DNA of 64,000 bases from an uncultured Phycisphaerales bacterium (lineage in GTDB: Bacteria; Planctomycetota; Phycisphaerae; Sedimentisphaerales; Anaerobacaceae). The position numbers and the translations under genes are program-made. Every line of letters begins with the position of its first letter. The first letter of the stretch is position 1. Positions 21,596 to 31,887 of this stretch are shown one piece after another. The stretch covers positions 96,001 to 160,000 of the forward strand of contig CAVYYI010000002.1 of the NCBI GenBank assembly GCA_963772725.1, in the 5' to 3' direction. A model generated the notes under the pieces. That model ran no database searches. It saw nothing but the letters and a program-made list of their open reading frames with translations, and had not been told where the DNA came from.

Positions 21596-23818
21596 CTAAC
21601 CAAATGAATGTCCTGTTTTTGTCTGCTTTAATAATGGTAATACTCCGGCCATATATCCAAGAAAATCATCATAAAGCAAATTCCAAAATCTCAATTCAGG
21701 AAATCCTTCTATCGATTGAAGATCATACTTGAATTCTTTATCAAACCAGATTTGAATACTGAGTTGCTGAATTTCGTTAAAGTCTATTCTCTCATGTTTT
21801 AACATTTTTTGCTTTAAATTTTCATCAACTATTACTGTTATTGTTTTCGAGTCAATGACTTTAAAGCTTTCCGCCACTTGGGGAAATTGAAGATTACGTT
21901 CATAGGCTAATATTTCGTTACCTATTTGTTTCAAACCATCCGACCGTATTTCCCGTCTCATAGCTTCTGTAGCTAAAACCGGTCGTATATTTTGTTCAGC
22001 GAGAAGCTCTCCGAGTATGCGAGAAGATGTTTCAAATGCCCTGTGATTTACTAACAGGTCGCTATGACGTAGCTGAAAATCCCACACTGCAGAATCTTTA
22101 TATTCCCCTTTTCGATTAATTCTGCCACCTGTTTGTATTAGACTGTTAAAGCTGCAACATTCACGCAAACCAGTATGAAATGAAAAATCAACACCAGCTT
22201 CAACGCAGGATGTGGCTACTAATGTCCAGTTTTTGTCAGTTTGTTTTGCAAGTCGGTTTTTAACTCTGTCCAAAGTGTTCTTCCTATCTCTCGGACATAA
22301 TGCCGTGGAAAGATGCTCAACATAAGATTTCCCTTCTGTATTTCTTATTGCATCGGCGATGACAGCAGCCGACTGTACGGTATTGACAATTAACAATCTG
22401 GGGCCAGGCAGAGTTTTAAGCCAATCTGTTAAATCATCCAAGTCAACTGGGTCAGGTTTATGAGCATATTTAATCCGGTCTTCTTCATAGCTGATAGTAT
22501 TTGACCTTATCTGAGAAAAAACTAACTCCGGCAGTTCCATAGGAGGATTAGAAAATTCCTCTAATTTCCAAAAACGATTCAACGAACCTGACCCAAGAAC
22601 TATATGGCATCCCCAGTTTGCCGATAATTCCCTAAGCCACAACCACGCCTGTTGCCAGAGATGTGAGGGAAGTGCCGCATGTGCCTCATCGATAAATATT
22701 GCTGACCCCGGCAGATTATGTAATTTTCTTAGTGTTGCTGGATAATTACTTGCCAAAGTTTCAAAGAACTGAACCGCCGTTGTAACTACTATTGGGGCAT
22801 GCCAAAGAAAAGAGTATTGTCTTAATTCGGACGACTCAAACTCTGCACGATGATGGTGAGCGGCAACTATATCTTCTCTACGCTCGTTCAATCCGACTAA
22901 TGCCTGTCGATAAATGTCAACGGACTGGTCGATGATGTTCGTGAACGGTAATACAACAAAAATCCGTCTTAGCTTTTTCTTTTTTGCTACGTTCAACAAA
23001 TGTGCCATAACAGCCGTTGTTTTGCCTGTTCCAACGGGACTATCACAAGCATACATATTAGGTATGGTGTCCGCATTACGACATGCTTGATATACTTCGG
23101 TTCGTAACGGCGTTCTTTCGTTTTGCTGTATTTCTTTTAGGTGTTCAATATAGGCATCAAGTAATCTTAATCGTTCACCTGCAAGCAACGGTAATCCCTT
23201 TTTAGGCAAGCCCTGATTATAATGTCTCGCGGTATCATAATGGTCAGCATCTACCAAACAAGATAGGGCTATCCGAAAGAGTAAGGAATTTCTTGTGAGT
23301 TTATTTTTAGAGATATCGCTCAAAGTATCTTTTTTTAAAGCTTTGCGGTGGATATCTAAATAATAGGATAAATTTTCGTCCGTATGTTCTATCAGTGATT
23401 TCCCATTAAATTGGGACTTCTTATCTCTTAGAAAACTTTTTGCGTTTACTTGTTCATCCGCATAATCAGGCAGGCCGGGGCGATGGTGAGCATTTATTAA
23501 GGTTGCAGCGACACCATTACGATATGGCTCTTTAAGCAAACAGGCAACACCAGCATCAACATGATTAATATGGAGCGAACCTTTACCGTCAGGATTTTCT
23601 AATACATCCTGATTTGCCTTATCAAGTTTGCCTAAATCGTGGAATTCGGCAGCAAGACGAACGGCTTCAATAAACAATTTTTTGCCACCTTGAAAATAAT
23701 GTCCAGCTTCCTGAACATTTTCTTCAGATATCTTTAGGACTTCGCTTATATGCGAGCCATAATATTGCTTGGAAATTCCATATTCAGGTTTCGCACTATG
23801 GGCCAGAGGTTTAGGCAT
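21596..23818 (-). CDS. cas3: Cas3 HD nuclease-helicase
   Basis: LAHS, HDLGK, HH, LVDAD, GTGKT, IDEAH, EAGVD, QTGGRINR. Confidence 0.95.
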   Translation of the reverse strand: MPKPLAHSAKPEYGISKQYYGSHISEVLKISEENVQEAGHYFQGGKKLFIEAVRLAAEFHDLGKLDKANQDVLENPDGKGSLHINHVDAGVACLLKEPYRNGVAATLINAHHRPGLPDYADEQVNAKSFLRDKKSQFNGKSLIEHTDENLSYYLDIHRKALKKDTLSDISKNKLTRNSLLFRIALSCLVDADHYDTARHYNQGLPKKGLPLLAGERLRLLDAYIEHLKEIQQNERTPLRTEVYQACRNADTIPNMYACDSPVGTGKTTAVMAHLLNVAKKKKLRRIFVVLPFTNIIDQSVDIYRQALVGLNERREDIVAAHHHRAEFESSELRQYSFLWHAPIVVTTAVQFFETLASNYPATLRKLHNLPGSAIFIDEAHAALPSHLWQQAWLWLRELSANWGCHIVLGSGSLNRFWKLEEFSNPPMELPELVFSQIRSNTISYEEDRIKYAHKPDPVDLDDLTDWLKTLPGPRLLIVNTVQSAAVIADAIRNTEGKSYVEHLSTALCPRDRKNTLDRVKNRLAKQTDKNWTLVATSCVEAGVDFSFHTGLRECCSFNSLIQTGGRINRKGEYKDSAVWDFQLRHSDLLVNHRAFETSSRILGELLAEQNIRPVLATEAMRREIRSDGLKQIGNEILAYERNLQFPQVAESFKVIDSKTITVIVDENLKQKMLKHERIDFNEIQQLSIQIWFDKEFKYDLQSIEGFPELRFWNLLYDDFLGYMAGVLPLLKQTKTGHSFG

Positions 23819-23837
23819 AGGCCTCCACCATTAAATC

Positions 23838-24701
23838 TCAACACGATTCAACCTTTTCCTTCAATTCATTAGGCAGTTCAGGTGGGACATCATATTCATC
23901 CCACGATTTTGAAGGTTTTTCAGGGTCATAGCTTTTTATGCCATCATATTTCTGCTTCCTTTTTGGTTTCAAGGCATCTATCAAAGCAAAGTCTGAACAG
24001 GAACCTATTTGGGATTTATGCTCTATATACCAAGCATGTTTAATTTCAACAAAAGGTCTGATATATGATGGATTATGTGGATATGCATAAGGAATCATTT
24101 TGAGCAATAATTCGATATCCTCTTTTGTGCATCCCGATTTTGTAGCGGCTGTAGGATTGATACAGAAAGGCATACAATAAACGCCATGTCTCACTGTTCT
24201 ATATGCTAATGGTGCCATGCCAACTGTCTTATCCTTCTCCACAGGAGGATTTGTCGTTGTAAATCTTCCAATATCAATGGGCGAGATTGAAACACCCAAG
24301 CCGAACTGCGCTATTCCGGTTTTGACGGGCACTTTTCTTCCTTTTTCTAATTCAGTGTTTCCAAATATGCGCCCATCCCAGAATTTCTTTTTAAATTCTT
24401 CTTCGCCTTCCTTTATTTCACTTTTCAATCTCTGGCGGCTTTCCAATATTTCAAAATGGTTTGGTTTGCCCGGCTTAAGGTTCAGCTTCTCTTGTACCTC
24501 TTGCCAAACAGGACCCTCTTTATTTTCAACAAGACTACGTATTTTGGCCTTGAAGGAAACCGGTGATATTTCACCACGACCATCAGGTCGTTGTCTTGGA
24601 TCGTTTTCTTTGTCAGGGTCGCCATTAGGGTTGGAATCTCTTACTTCAATAACCAAAAGCCCCGTTGCCCTCATAATCTTTTCATTATTCGAATCAGACA
24701 T
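23838..24701 (-). CDS. cas7: Cas7 (Csd2-like, divergent)
   Basis: SNPNGDP...PR, FWDGRIFG, operon position. Confidence 0.9.
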   Translation of the reverse strand: MSDSNNEKIMRATGLLVIEVRDSNPNGDPDKENDPRQRPDGRGEISPVSFKAKIRSLVENKEGPVWQEVQEKLNLKPGKPNHFEILESRQRLKSEIKEGEEEFKKKFWDGRIFGNTELEKGRKVPVKTGIAQFGLGVSISPIDIGRFTTTNPPVEKDKTVGMAPLAYRTVRHGVYCMPFCINPTAATKSGCTKEDIELLLKMIPYAYPHNPSYIRPFVEIKHAWYIEHKSQIGSCSDFALIDALKPKRKQKYDGIKSYDPEKPSKSWDEYDVPPELPNELKEKVESC

Positions 24702-24738
24702 GGTATAAAACCTCACTTTCTTAAATTTAGTCGTTAAT

Positions 24739-26823
24739 TTACTCTTTACCTATTCGCGAGAGATAACCCAAAAGCATTTGTGCCTTTTCTGCATCATTGC
24801 ATCTTTCGGGTAATGGGGCATCTTCTGTAATTTTGCCCAGTTTCTCAGAAATATCCCTGAATTCATTTAATGCCCATCCTGCTAATCCCACATTTTGACT
24901 TGTATTAGCCCATGACTGATAAATCAATATTCTTTCAGCTAATCTGGCTAATCCTGTTGTTGGATTATCCATTGCTACAGCCATCGCTGCATTCCCAATT
25001 AATTGCCTTGGCATACCACTGTTTTCGCTTTTTTCTCCGGTTTGTTTTTTGTCGGCACGAACATTTCGACAGTACTCTTTGTGAAGAGTATCAGCCAGAG
25101 ACATAATCTGTCCGATGAGAAATGGGGCGGTACTCATATATTCTCCTTTCTTGAGTCCAAATTTATAAAGTAATAACCCTAAAATGCTGGGGGTCAAATT
25201 TGCCTGTTTTGCACGTTTAGCAGTATCTTTGTTCCACTTAAAAGATGTATCCAAGCGATGAGAAGTATGGCCTAAAGCAAGTAATAGCGTCTTTGAATTT
25301 ACGACTGCCAACTGCATTGCTCTATTGACAAAATTTTGTGCCACAAGACCTTCTTCAAGCAGCAGAACAATGCCGTCACCTATGCTGGCGCCATAGGTTT
25401 CGCTGACCTTTTCTCCATTGGCAAACCAAATTGTGTTAAGGCAATTGATTACTTCTATAGGAAAAGGAATAAGAGGATTTATCCAGATAGCCTTGTCATT
25501 GTTATTTGTGCCGATATTGATATTCATGCGTGGAATATTTTGGCAGGCATCTTGCCATGTTTTAGCAGCGTTCATGACTCGCTTTGCTTCATAATGTCTG
25601 CTGGCTAATACTTTCGTTCTGGCCTTATCAGCTTTGGCAAGTACAAAGAGGCATATCTCTGTATCGGGTCGTTCTTTTACTATTCCGTCCAAGGCAGAAA
25701 CCACCCGACTTGCTGTTGCAGAAAATATTGCTCCGTCCGAATCATTACCTGGGACTTCTGCACCACCAAATAATCCAGCCAGTTCTGGCGGCTCCCCCTC
25801 AATATAAGATGGATAAGCAAATAACACACCATCAGCTATGTTTTGCCATGTTTTGCCCTTTCGTTCAGATTTTCCTAACCATTCGAGACAATCTTTCATT
25901 CGCTGACGCATTTTATTACCAACACAGAAACTTTCGGCATCAGCTTTCCCGTATCGTCTTTGACATGGTGATTCGCTGTTCATCGCCCGTAAAGTTACAT
26001 TACCTAATTTGGGCAAAGAAGCTGCTGGATACTTATCGGCAGAACCATTTATCGATTGGCCGTAAGCATCAGTATCATGTTCTTGCAAACTCTCTTCAAC
26101 GCCGCTACTTTCGCACATAAGCTGTGAATTAATCCACTGCTGTATCTTCTCATGATTTGCTGGATACTTATACTTAGAGCTATCAGATAACTCGAGAACG
26201 AATGAAACTTTTTTGGACATCTTGGCTGGTGAAAAAATAAGTTGTTCAAGCCATTGGATTCCTTCCTTTGGTGAGGATACTACCTTGTTCAGTACGACCT
26301 GTTCAATTTGCTCCTGCAATTTTCCTAAGCAAATTTTTTGCGATCGCTCAATCAGATACTTAATAGCAACAAAATCATCAGGGATTGCTTTGAAATAACA
26401 GTCAAGGGTTTCAGATTGTTCCTTCAGACACTTACTAATCCGCGTTGTTTCTCCGTTTGACCATAATGGCATCGATAGTTTTTTAACTTCATCTATCAGC
26501 AGAGCATCTATTTTATTATCTTTTTTAATTCTTTCTTTTAGTAATTTTTGTTTTTCTTTTGCTGTTCCGCTTTGGCAATGATAAAGAGGAAGCACGTTAA
26601 AAGCAGGAAAGGAAAAGCCATTGGCTGGTTCATATTTCCTCAATCGCTTGATTTGCTCTTTCCCTGCTATCTGTTCAATGTCAGTGACATTGCTATCGCT
26701 GTCAATCAATAAGCGAAACGTTGCGTAGTTAGGGCATTGAACATAATCTTTATGCCAGGATTCTGTAATCTCAACCCCGGCTTCCTGAATACTTTTTTGG
26801 AGTTCATAGCATTCGTTAAGCAT
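24739..26823 (-). CDS. cas8c: Large Cascade subunit (Cas8c-like, divergent)
   Basis: About 690 aa between cas5 and cas7. The C-terminal part (KKGEYMS.. FLIGQIMSLAD...MLLGYL) resembles the internally translated Cas11 region. Confidence 0.75.
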   Translation of the reverse strand: MLNECYELQKSIQEAGVEITESWHKDYVQCPNYATFRLLIDSDSNVTDIEQIAGKEQIKRLRKYEPANGFSFPAFNVLPLYHCQSGTAKEKQKLLKERIKKDNKIDALLIDEVKKLSMPLWSNGETTRISKCLKEQSETLDCYFKAIPDDFVAIKYLIERSQKICLGKLQEQIEQVVLNKVVSSPKEGIQWLEQLIFSPAKMSKKVSFVLELSDSSKYKYPANHEKIQQWINSQLMCESSGVEESLQEHDTDAYGQSINGSADKYPAASLPKLGNVTLRAMNSESPCQRRYGKADAESFCVGNKMRQRMKDCLEWLGKSERKGKTWQNIADGVLFAYPSYIEGEPPELAGLFGGAEVPGNDSDGAIFSATASRVVSALDGIVKERPDTEICLFVLAKADKARTKVLASRHYEAKRVMNAAKTWQDACQNIPRMNINIGTNNNDKAIWINPLIPFPIEVINCLNTIWFANGEKVSETYGASIGDGIVLLLEEGLVAQNFVNRAMQLAVVNSKTLLLALGHTSHRLDTSFKWNKDTAKRAKQANLTPSILGLLLYKFGLKKGEYMSTAPFLIGQIMSLADTLHKEYCRNVRADKKQTGEKSENSGMPRQLIGNAAMAVAMDNPTTGLARLAERILIYQSWANTSQNVGLAGWALNEFRDISEKLGKITEDAPLPERCNDAEKAQMLLGYLSRIGKE

Positions 26824-27478
26824 ATACGAGGATTCCTTTTTCAATTTTTGCTGGCTTATCTGGTTTATAAAATTCCGGCGACCAGTCAGAATTTTTCCCT
26901 TTTGGAAAACAAGTCTTCAACATGCTGGGTATCACAAGGTTAATATCTTCACATTTTCTTGTTTCCTGTCTAAATATTCCTACATAATCAGGAACAAATT
27001 CTTTCCACCCAAGACATGGCATATAGTGTATCTGGCTTTTTGCTAATCTTTTATTAAATTTATCCTGATATGCGTGGCCCCCGTTGGTAGTACCTGTTTG
27101 CTGGCGTTTTACTTCTTCGACTCCACGTTTAGTATAATTCGCGGGAATAGAATTTATTTTGGCATACAAGCGGTAACAGACGTCAACAAGAACAGTTGCG
27201 AGTAGCTGATAACTGCTGCCCGTTTTCATTATTTTACTTTTTCGTAGTGGCCCTCCATAATTGGTATTATACACATGATAAATTATGGGCCTGCATATCT
27301 CACATTTTATTGGAATAATCTCTGCCCAGTCGCTTAACAGAATGCTTTCGAATATTCCTTTGGCTGCTCCGAAGGTTGGTGCGGGATAACTGACAGGACA
27401 ATCGCCGGTATCCGGTCGTGTCCACATGGCCGTTGGACCTGATATTTCTAATTGAACTTCATAGCTTTTATTTTCCAT
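26816..27478 (-). CDS. cas5: Type I-C Cas5 (Cas5d)
   Basis: GPTAMWTRP...SYPAPT..AAKGIFE, LVDVCY, PCLGWKEF. Confidence 0.92.
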   Translation of the reverse strand: MENKSYEVQLEISGPTAMWTRPDTGDCPVSYPAPTFGAAKGIFESILLSDWAEIIPIKCEICRPIIYHVYNTNYGGPLRKSKIMKTGSSYQLLATVLVDVCYRLYAKINSIPANYTKRGVEEVKRQQTGTTNGGHAYQDKFNKRLAKSQIHYMPCLGWKEFVPDYVGIFRQETRKCEDINLVIPSMLKTCFPKGKNSDWSPEFYKPDKPAKIEKGILVYA

Positions 27479-27596
27479 AAACCTCTCCAACATAAAAATT
27501 GTTCAAATATTTGCCGGGATTTAATGGGTCGGTGTGTGCGTAGAACTTGCGAAGCTCATCGGCTTGCAATCCCTGCTGTTTTTTTGTCTGTCCCAT
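27468..27596 (-). pseudogene. Possible remnant of a cas3 5' end
   Basis: 42-aa ORF containing KFYAHTDP, similar to the YAH[ST] start of Cas3 HD domains. It sits at the canonical cas3 position upstream of cas5. Confidence 0.35.
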
Positions 27597-27881
27597 ACCT
27601 AATCCAGTAAAATACCGACACAAAACATCTTGCGACAATATCCGGGAAAAGGGCTTCGGAGGGAGATGAGTTACCTCAGAGCTCGGTTCCACCCTAAACA
27701 ATCTCCAAATACCACACAAAAGTAATATTGTCAATCTTTTTTTAGAAATGTTTTAGAAGTGTTTTTTTAGGCAGCTATGATAGTGGCCGCTTCTCAACTT
27801 TCTTGTAGTGATAAGCTGATGATGTTAATGGCTAATTGCATTTTCCTTTATCATTATCACTTCGCGTCAACTTTTCAATTT

Positions 27882-28020
27882 CCTTCGCCAATTGCAGAAT
27901 TTCTGCCAATTTTGAGTCTACGCTTAAAAAATTATCCTTTTGATTCTGAGCATGTTCGCTTTCATTGGATTCCATTTGAATTTGTTATAAGTTTTTCGAC
28001 ATAAATACTTTCAACTGATT
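27882..28020. repeat. Diverged ~140-bp direct repeat, copy 1
   Basis: CCTTCGCCAATTGCAGAATTTCTGCCAATTTT...GGATTCCATTT...ATAAATACTTTCAACTGATT, shared with 30828-30963. Confidence 0.8.
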
Positions 28021-28724
28021 AGCCTACGACAAACTTTATTTCCCAAATTTCTGACTATAGCCTATTAACCAGCGTTTCGCGGGCGGGCTGCATTTTTTAC
28101 GGCTATGGGTATTTTTGTCTAATATCCAGCATTTTTGCAAAAGTCCAGTTCTTAATTGAGAAGTACTTAGCTTGTAGGTTTTGAAAAATTACAAGAATTG
28201 CTTCCCTCTCTTATTCAGTTGCTTCTATTTCAGGTCATCCGCAAGTAAGAGCAGTAAAGGTATTTTTGTGGGTTAACTCACAAAGACTCAAAATTTCACC
28301 AAAATTGCGGAAGAACCGGTTTTGGGCGCCCTATGACAGCACTACCGAATCAGATTATAGGACTTCCAATAAATATTATATTCCTTTCTAAGTATTAAGC
28401 TACAAGTATGCAGTAAAATAATCAAATACCATCCACTTATAGCCGATACATTATTAATGTAATTTATGGGAAGCCATAGGTATGGATAACAAAAAGAAGA
28501 AAACGGCAAAAAGAAAAAATGTATCAGCTGATAAACATTTAAGCTATGAGATTGCTTGGCATATAGGAGCGATCGCACATAGTTATGAACATATTTCTTT
28601 ACTTAATAAAATATGGCAGTCACCCTGGAAACGCAAATAAAAATAATAGCATCGGAAATATGCTGTCACGGGGCGCTTCAAATGGGCGCCCGATGACAAT
28701 ATGCACAAATTGTAAATTGATTAT

Positions 28725-28919
28725 TTACAAGACTCGAGACAATTTACTATCAAGAATATGGCGAGTCAAATAAAGTTGTTTAAGCCTTAATTGAAAATCG
28801 GATAATATAGATTCGTCTTTTTCCTGATCATTCTCATTAAGGGAGTATTGAACCCTACAAGGTATAACATCATATTTTATATTGTTACTCCTAATTTTCA
28901 TTTTTTCAGCTAAAGCCAT
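28725..28919 (-). CDS. Small hypothetical protein
   Basis: AAGGAG RBS before ATG 28919. Lies downstream of the larger ORF on the same strand. Confidence 0.55.
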   Translation of the reverse strand: MALAEKMKIRSNNIKYDVIPCRVQYSLNENDQEKDESILSDFQLRLKQLYLTRHILDSKLSRVL

Positions 28920-28956
28920 ACTAAAGGCTCCTTTCAATATTAACATTAGTCACTTT

Positions 28957-30362
28957 TTAAATTTTTCTATTATGCCCCCACCATCTTTTTATCTCATTGC
29001 TCGTATTATTCCAAGAAATGCGATAATTAATAGTAAAAGCGTGTAGCTCTTTAAATTCTTTTAATAATCCAATCTTTTTTTCGGGTACGTTGCCCAAAAA
29101 GTATTTTTCCCTAAGGTCAGAAAATCTTGATTCCATTGATGCGTCTAAATCATCTCTTTTCAGTTTGAGTAGTCCCTCATGCTCTTCCAACAATTTAACC
29201 TCTTTCATCTGCTCTACTAAAAACCAAAAAGCCTCATTTTTCTCTGGGTGAGCGAGTTCTCGTACTAATTCGACGGTGGGAAAACTTTTTAATTCAGAAT
29301 TTTCTATTTTGTCAATAATTCTTCGTGCATTATGCATTAGATCATCGTGGATGTTTCTACAAGATCCCCCACCCCATATAAGAGCAGTGTTATTTGTGTC
29401 ACCATTGAAGTCAATTTCCCCAAAAAAATCCATTCCTGGTGTTGAAGATATTTCATGTATGTCCATTTCTTCTGATGCCGAAACCAATGCTATCCGGTGG
29501 TCGTTTACCCTTACACTTGTTCCTCGTTGTTCAAATTTTTCTAAAAGTAGGTCTTTTAGATGTAGACAGGCATTTCTAATGATAGGCTTTTTAGTTTTCT
29601 CATATAATTCCTTTAACTCTAACTTAATAGAAGCCTGAACAATAAGAGGGCAAGTTGTCACTTTCTTCTCAAAAAAACCAATTGGGTAAGGCATGCATGG
29701 AACGCGTTTAGTTTTTGAAGTTTCAGATTTACGATGACTAGGTTTAACAATTAGCCGAAGCCAACCTTTTTCACCATTACTTAGAGATGGTTCTATCCTA
29801 AGGCTTACTAGAGTTTTTTTTATTTCTCCTGATAGTATTTCTAAGTAGGCAATATTAGATTTAAATTCATCTAAAAAATCTATTTTTGCCAAAAGAGGCT
29901 TACCTCGATAGTAAGTTTCATCATGCCTATTTCCCGGCGAAACAATTTCCTCAACTGGGGTCAACAGGATAGAGCCATCGGTGTTATGCACTGGCTCTCC
30001 TATAAATGGCCAGTTGTAAATATTATAGTCTTTGGGCATTTTCATTCTTAGATTAACAGCTTGGACTTGTATCATTTCCCCGGATAGAGAGATATTGTGA
30101 TCAAGTTTTTCCCATTCACTAATAATATCAGAATAATCCTGCGCTCGTATAGCATGACGGTTTGTAAAAATGTGCAATCGTGGGGGAACATAGCTAATAT
30201 TTCTTCTAGTGGTTCGTGTGATGTAGTGTTATTAATGAGAATGTCGTAGACTTCGGTTATTTCAAGCTTTTCAGGGGAATCAGGATTAATACTAAACCAA
30301 AGTTGTTCATGTAGAAAGTCAATATTCAAACATCGTCCTGGAGCAATTAATCCAATACACAT
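28957..30362 (-). CDS. Hypothetical protein, probably one gene frameshifted at a C5 run near 30182
   Basis: Overlapping ORFs 30362-30072 and 30177-28957 join at TTCCCCCACGA. No recognisable motif. Confidence 0.55.
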
Positions 30363-30607
30363 CCCTTAATACCCTATCTCATAATTTTTATTTTATACTA
30401 TAAAGGAATTTACTTTATCTTTTTTAAAGAGTCAACAGTTTTTTAGCTCAATCCGAAAATTTTTGAAATAATACTTTGAAGGGTATTAATTGAAACCTGC
30501 TACCGTTTTTTATCACATCCTATTTTCGTAATGGGCCACCGTAAGTGGTTTGGTAGTTGTGATAGAGAATTGAGCCACAGATTATAGGCTGGCTTCAATG
30601 TTGGCAA

Positions 30608-30819
30608 CAGCTAACGCCTCCGGAAAAGCTCGCCAGATAAAAAGGGACGCCTCGTATTCATTGAGTTGAAACTTCGTGTTGCACACTGCTCCCATTTCTC
30701 TCATCCGAATCCGTAGCTCTTTAACTGAGGCATTCGAGTGCTTCTTAAAAATGAAAACGAGCAATGGCACCTTTGCGTTAAGATTATTGTTTCGTGGTCT
30801 TGCTATCCTTAGTTAGCTG
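30608..30819. other. attC-like inverted-core element (tentative)
   Basis: CAGCTAAC at 30608 and its exact complement GTTAGCTG at 30812. Confidence 0.3.
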
Positions 30820-30827
30820 CTCAATCT

Positions 30828-30963
30828 CCTTCGCCAATTGCAGAATTTCTGCCAATTTTTCGTTCAGGCTTGAAGTGTCCATTTCATTCTGGTCAGGTTC
30901 ACTTTGGTCGGATTCCATTTACATTTATTTCAAATTTTCCCAAATAAATACTTTCAACTGATT
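30828..30963. repeat. Diverged ~140-bp direct repeat, copy 2
   Basis: Same blocks as 27882-28020. Confidence 0.8.
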
Positions 30964-31362
30964 TGCCTCTGATTCAAAACCTGTTCGCGATCGCTGACCG
31001 AAAAATATAAATACCAAGAATACTTACGCAACAGGAAAATGAACACATTAGTTTATCTTATCGGCGGGAAAATCAGTATAAATGCTATTCCAAGTTTACA
31101 TTCATCATCTCTCGACAAAAACCCAACTGATTTAACCAAAAGTTCCAGCGCTGGCGGGGCTATCGAACATTTTATAATTTTGTCTGGTCATCAGCAATGC
31201 CCACAAAAATTAACTAAAAGTATCAAGTCCGGCGAGGGCATTAAACTTTTAGTTAAAAGAACTGGGTACTCACATGCGTAAAAAGATCATTTTTCCGGAG
31301 GTTAGAATAAAAAAATTTAGAGAAGGAAGCGGTTATGAAGTCCATCCGATTTATTCAGCCAG

Positions 31363-31887
31363 TTATTTTTTCTTAAATTCTTCACGCTTCGGCCATTTAT
31401 TTGCAATAGCCAAACCACGCTTAACTAATTGACGACATGCTTGAAGAGCATCCCAAGGGATCAGATCAAGTTTATCCGCCATTTGCTCGTAACTAACAAA
31501 CCTATCTTCTGCCATTATGTGGAATATTTTATCTTCGATACTTTGCGAAACTGCCCATTCGTCACTTTCATCACTCTCCCAACCACGACACCAATAAATA
31601 TGGTTATTCCAAATAATAAAATGAGAGCGACACGCAGAGTCCCGCCAATATGATGGATATAAGGTAAGACCACGCTTACTTTGATAATAACGCCAAGCTG
31701 GGCCTGCACGATAATCCAAATTTATTAGCAAATCGTCACCACAACCACACGGACAACGAATAATAATTAATCGAGGCTTCCCTCGTTCAACAATAACAGC
31801 ATCACCTCGTTCTTTCAAAAGTGACGAGGCAGCATCCCTATACTCAACTGTACCCCGCAAAGCAATTCTATTAACGCATGATTTCAC
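31363..31887 (-). CDS. DUF6527-like protein with C-terminal winged-helix-like region
   Basis: CPCGCG...LYPSYWRDSACRSHFII, then YEQMADKLDLIPWDALQACRQLVKRGLA. Confidence 0.8.
   Translation of the reverse strand: MKSCVNRIALRGTVEYRDAASSLLKERGDAVIVERGKPRLIIIRCPCGCGDDLLINLDYRAGPAWRYYQSKRGLTLYPSYWRDSACRSHFIIWNNHIYWCRGWESDESDEWAVSQSIEDKIFHIMAEDRFVSYEQMADKLDLIPWDALQACRQLVKRGLAIANKWPKREEFKKK

Noticed and set aside
27600..27780. CreTA-like mini-array or regulatory RNA upstream of cas5
   Set aside because: No repeat-like sequence was recognised.
31039..31281. 80-aa plus-strand ORF
   Set aside because: No motif or other support. It may be spurious or a fragment.
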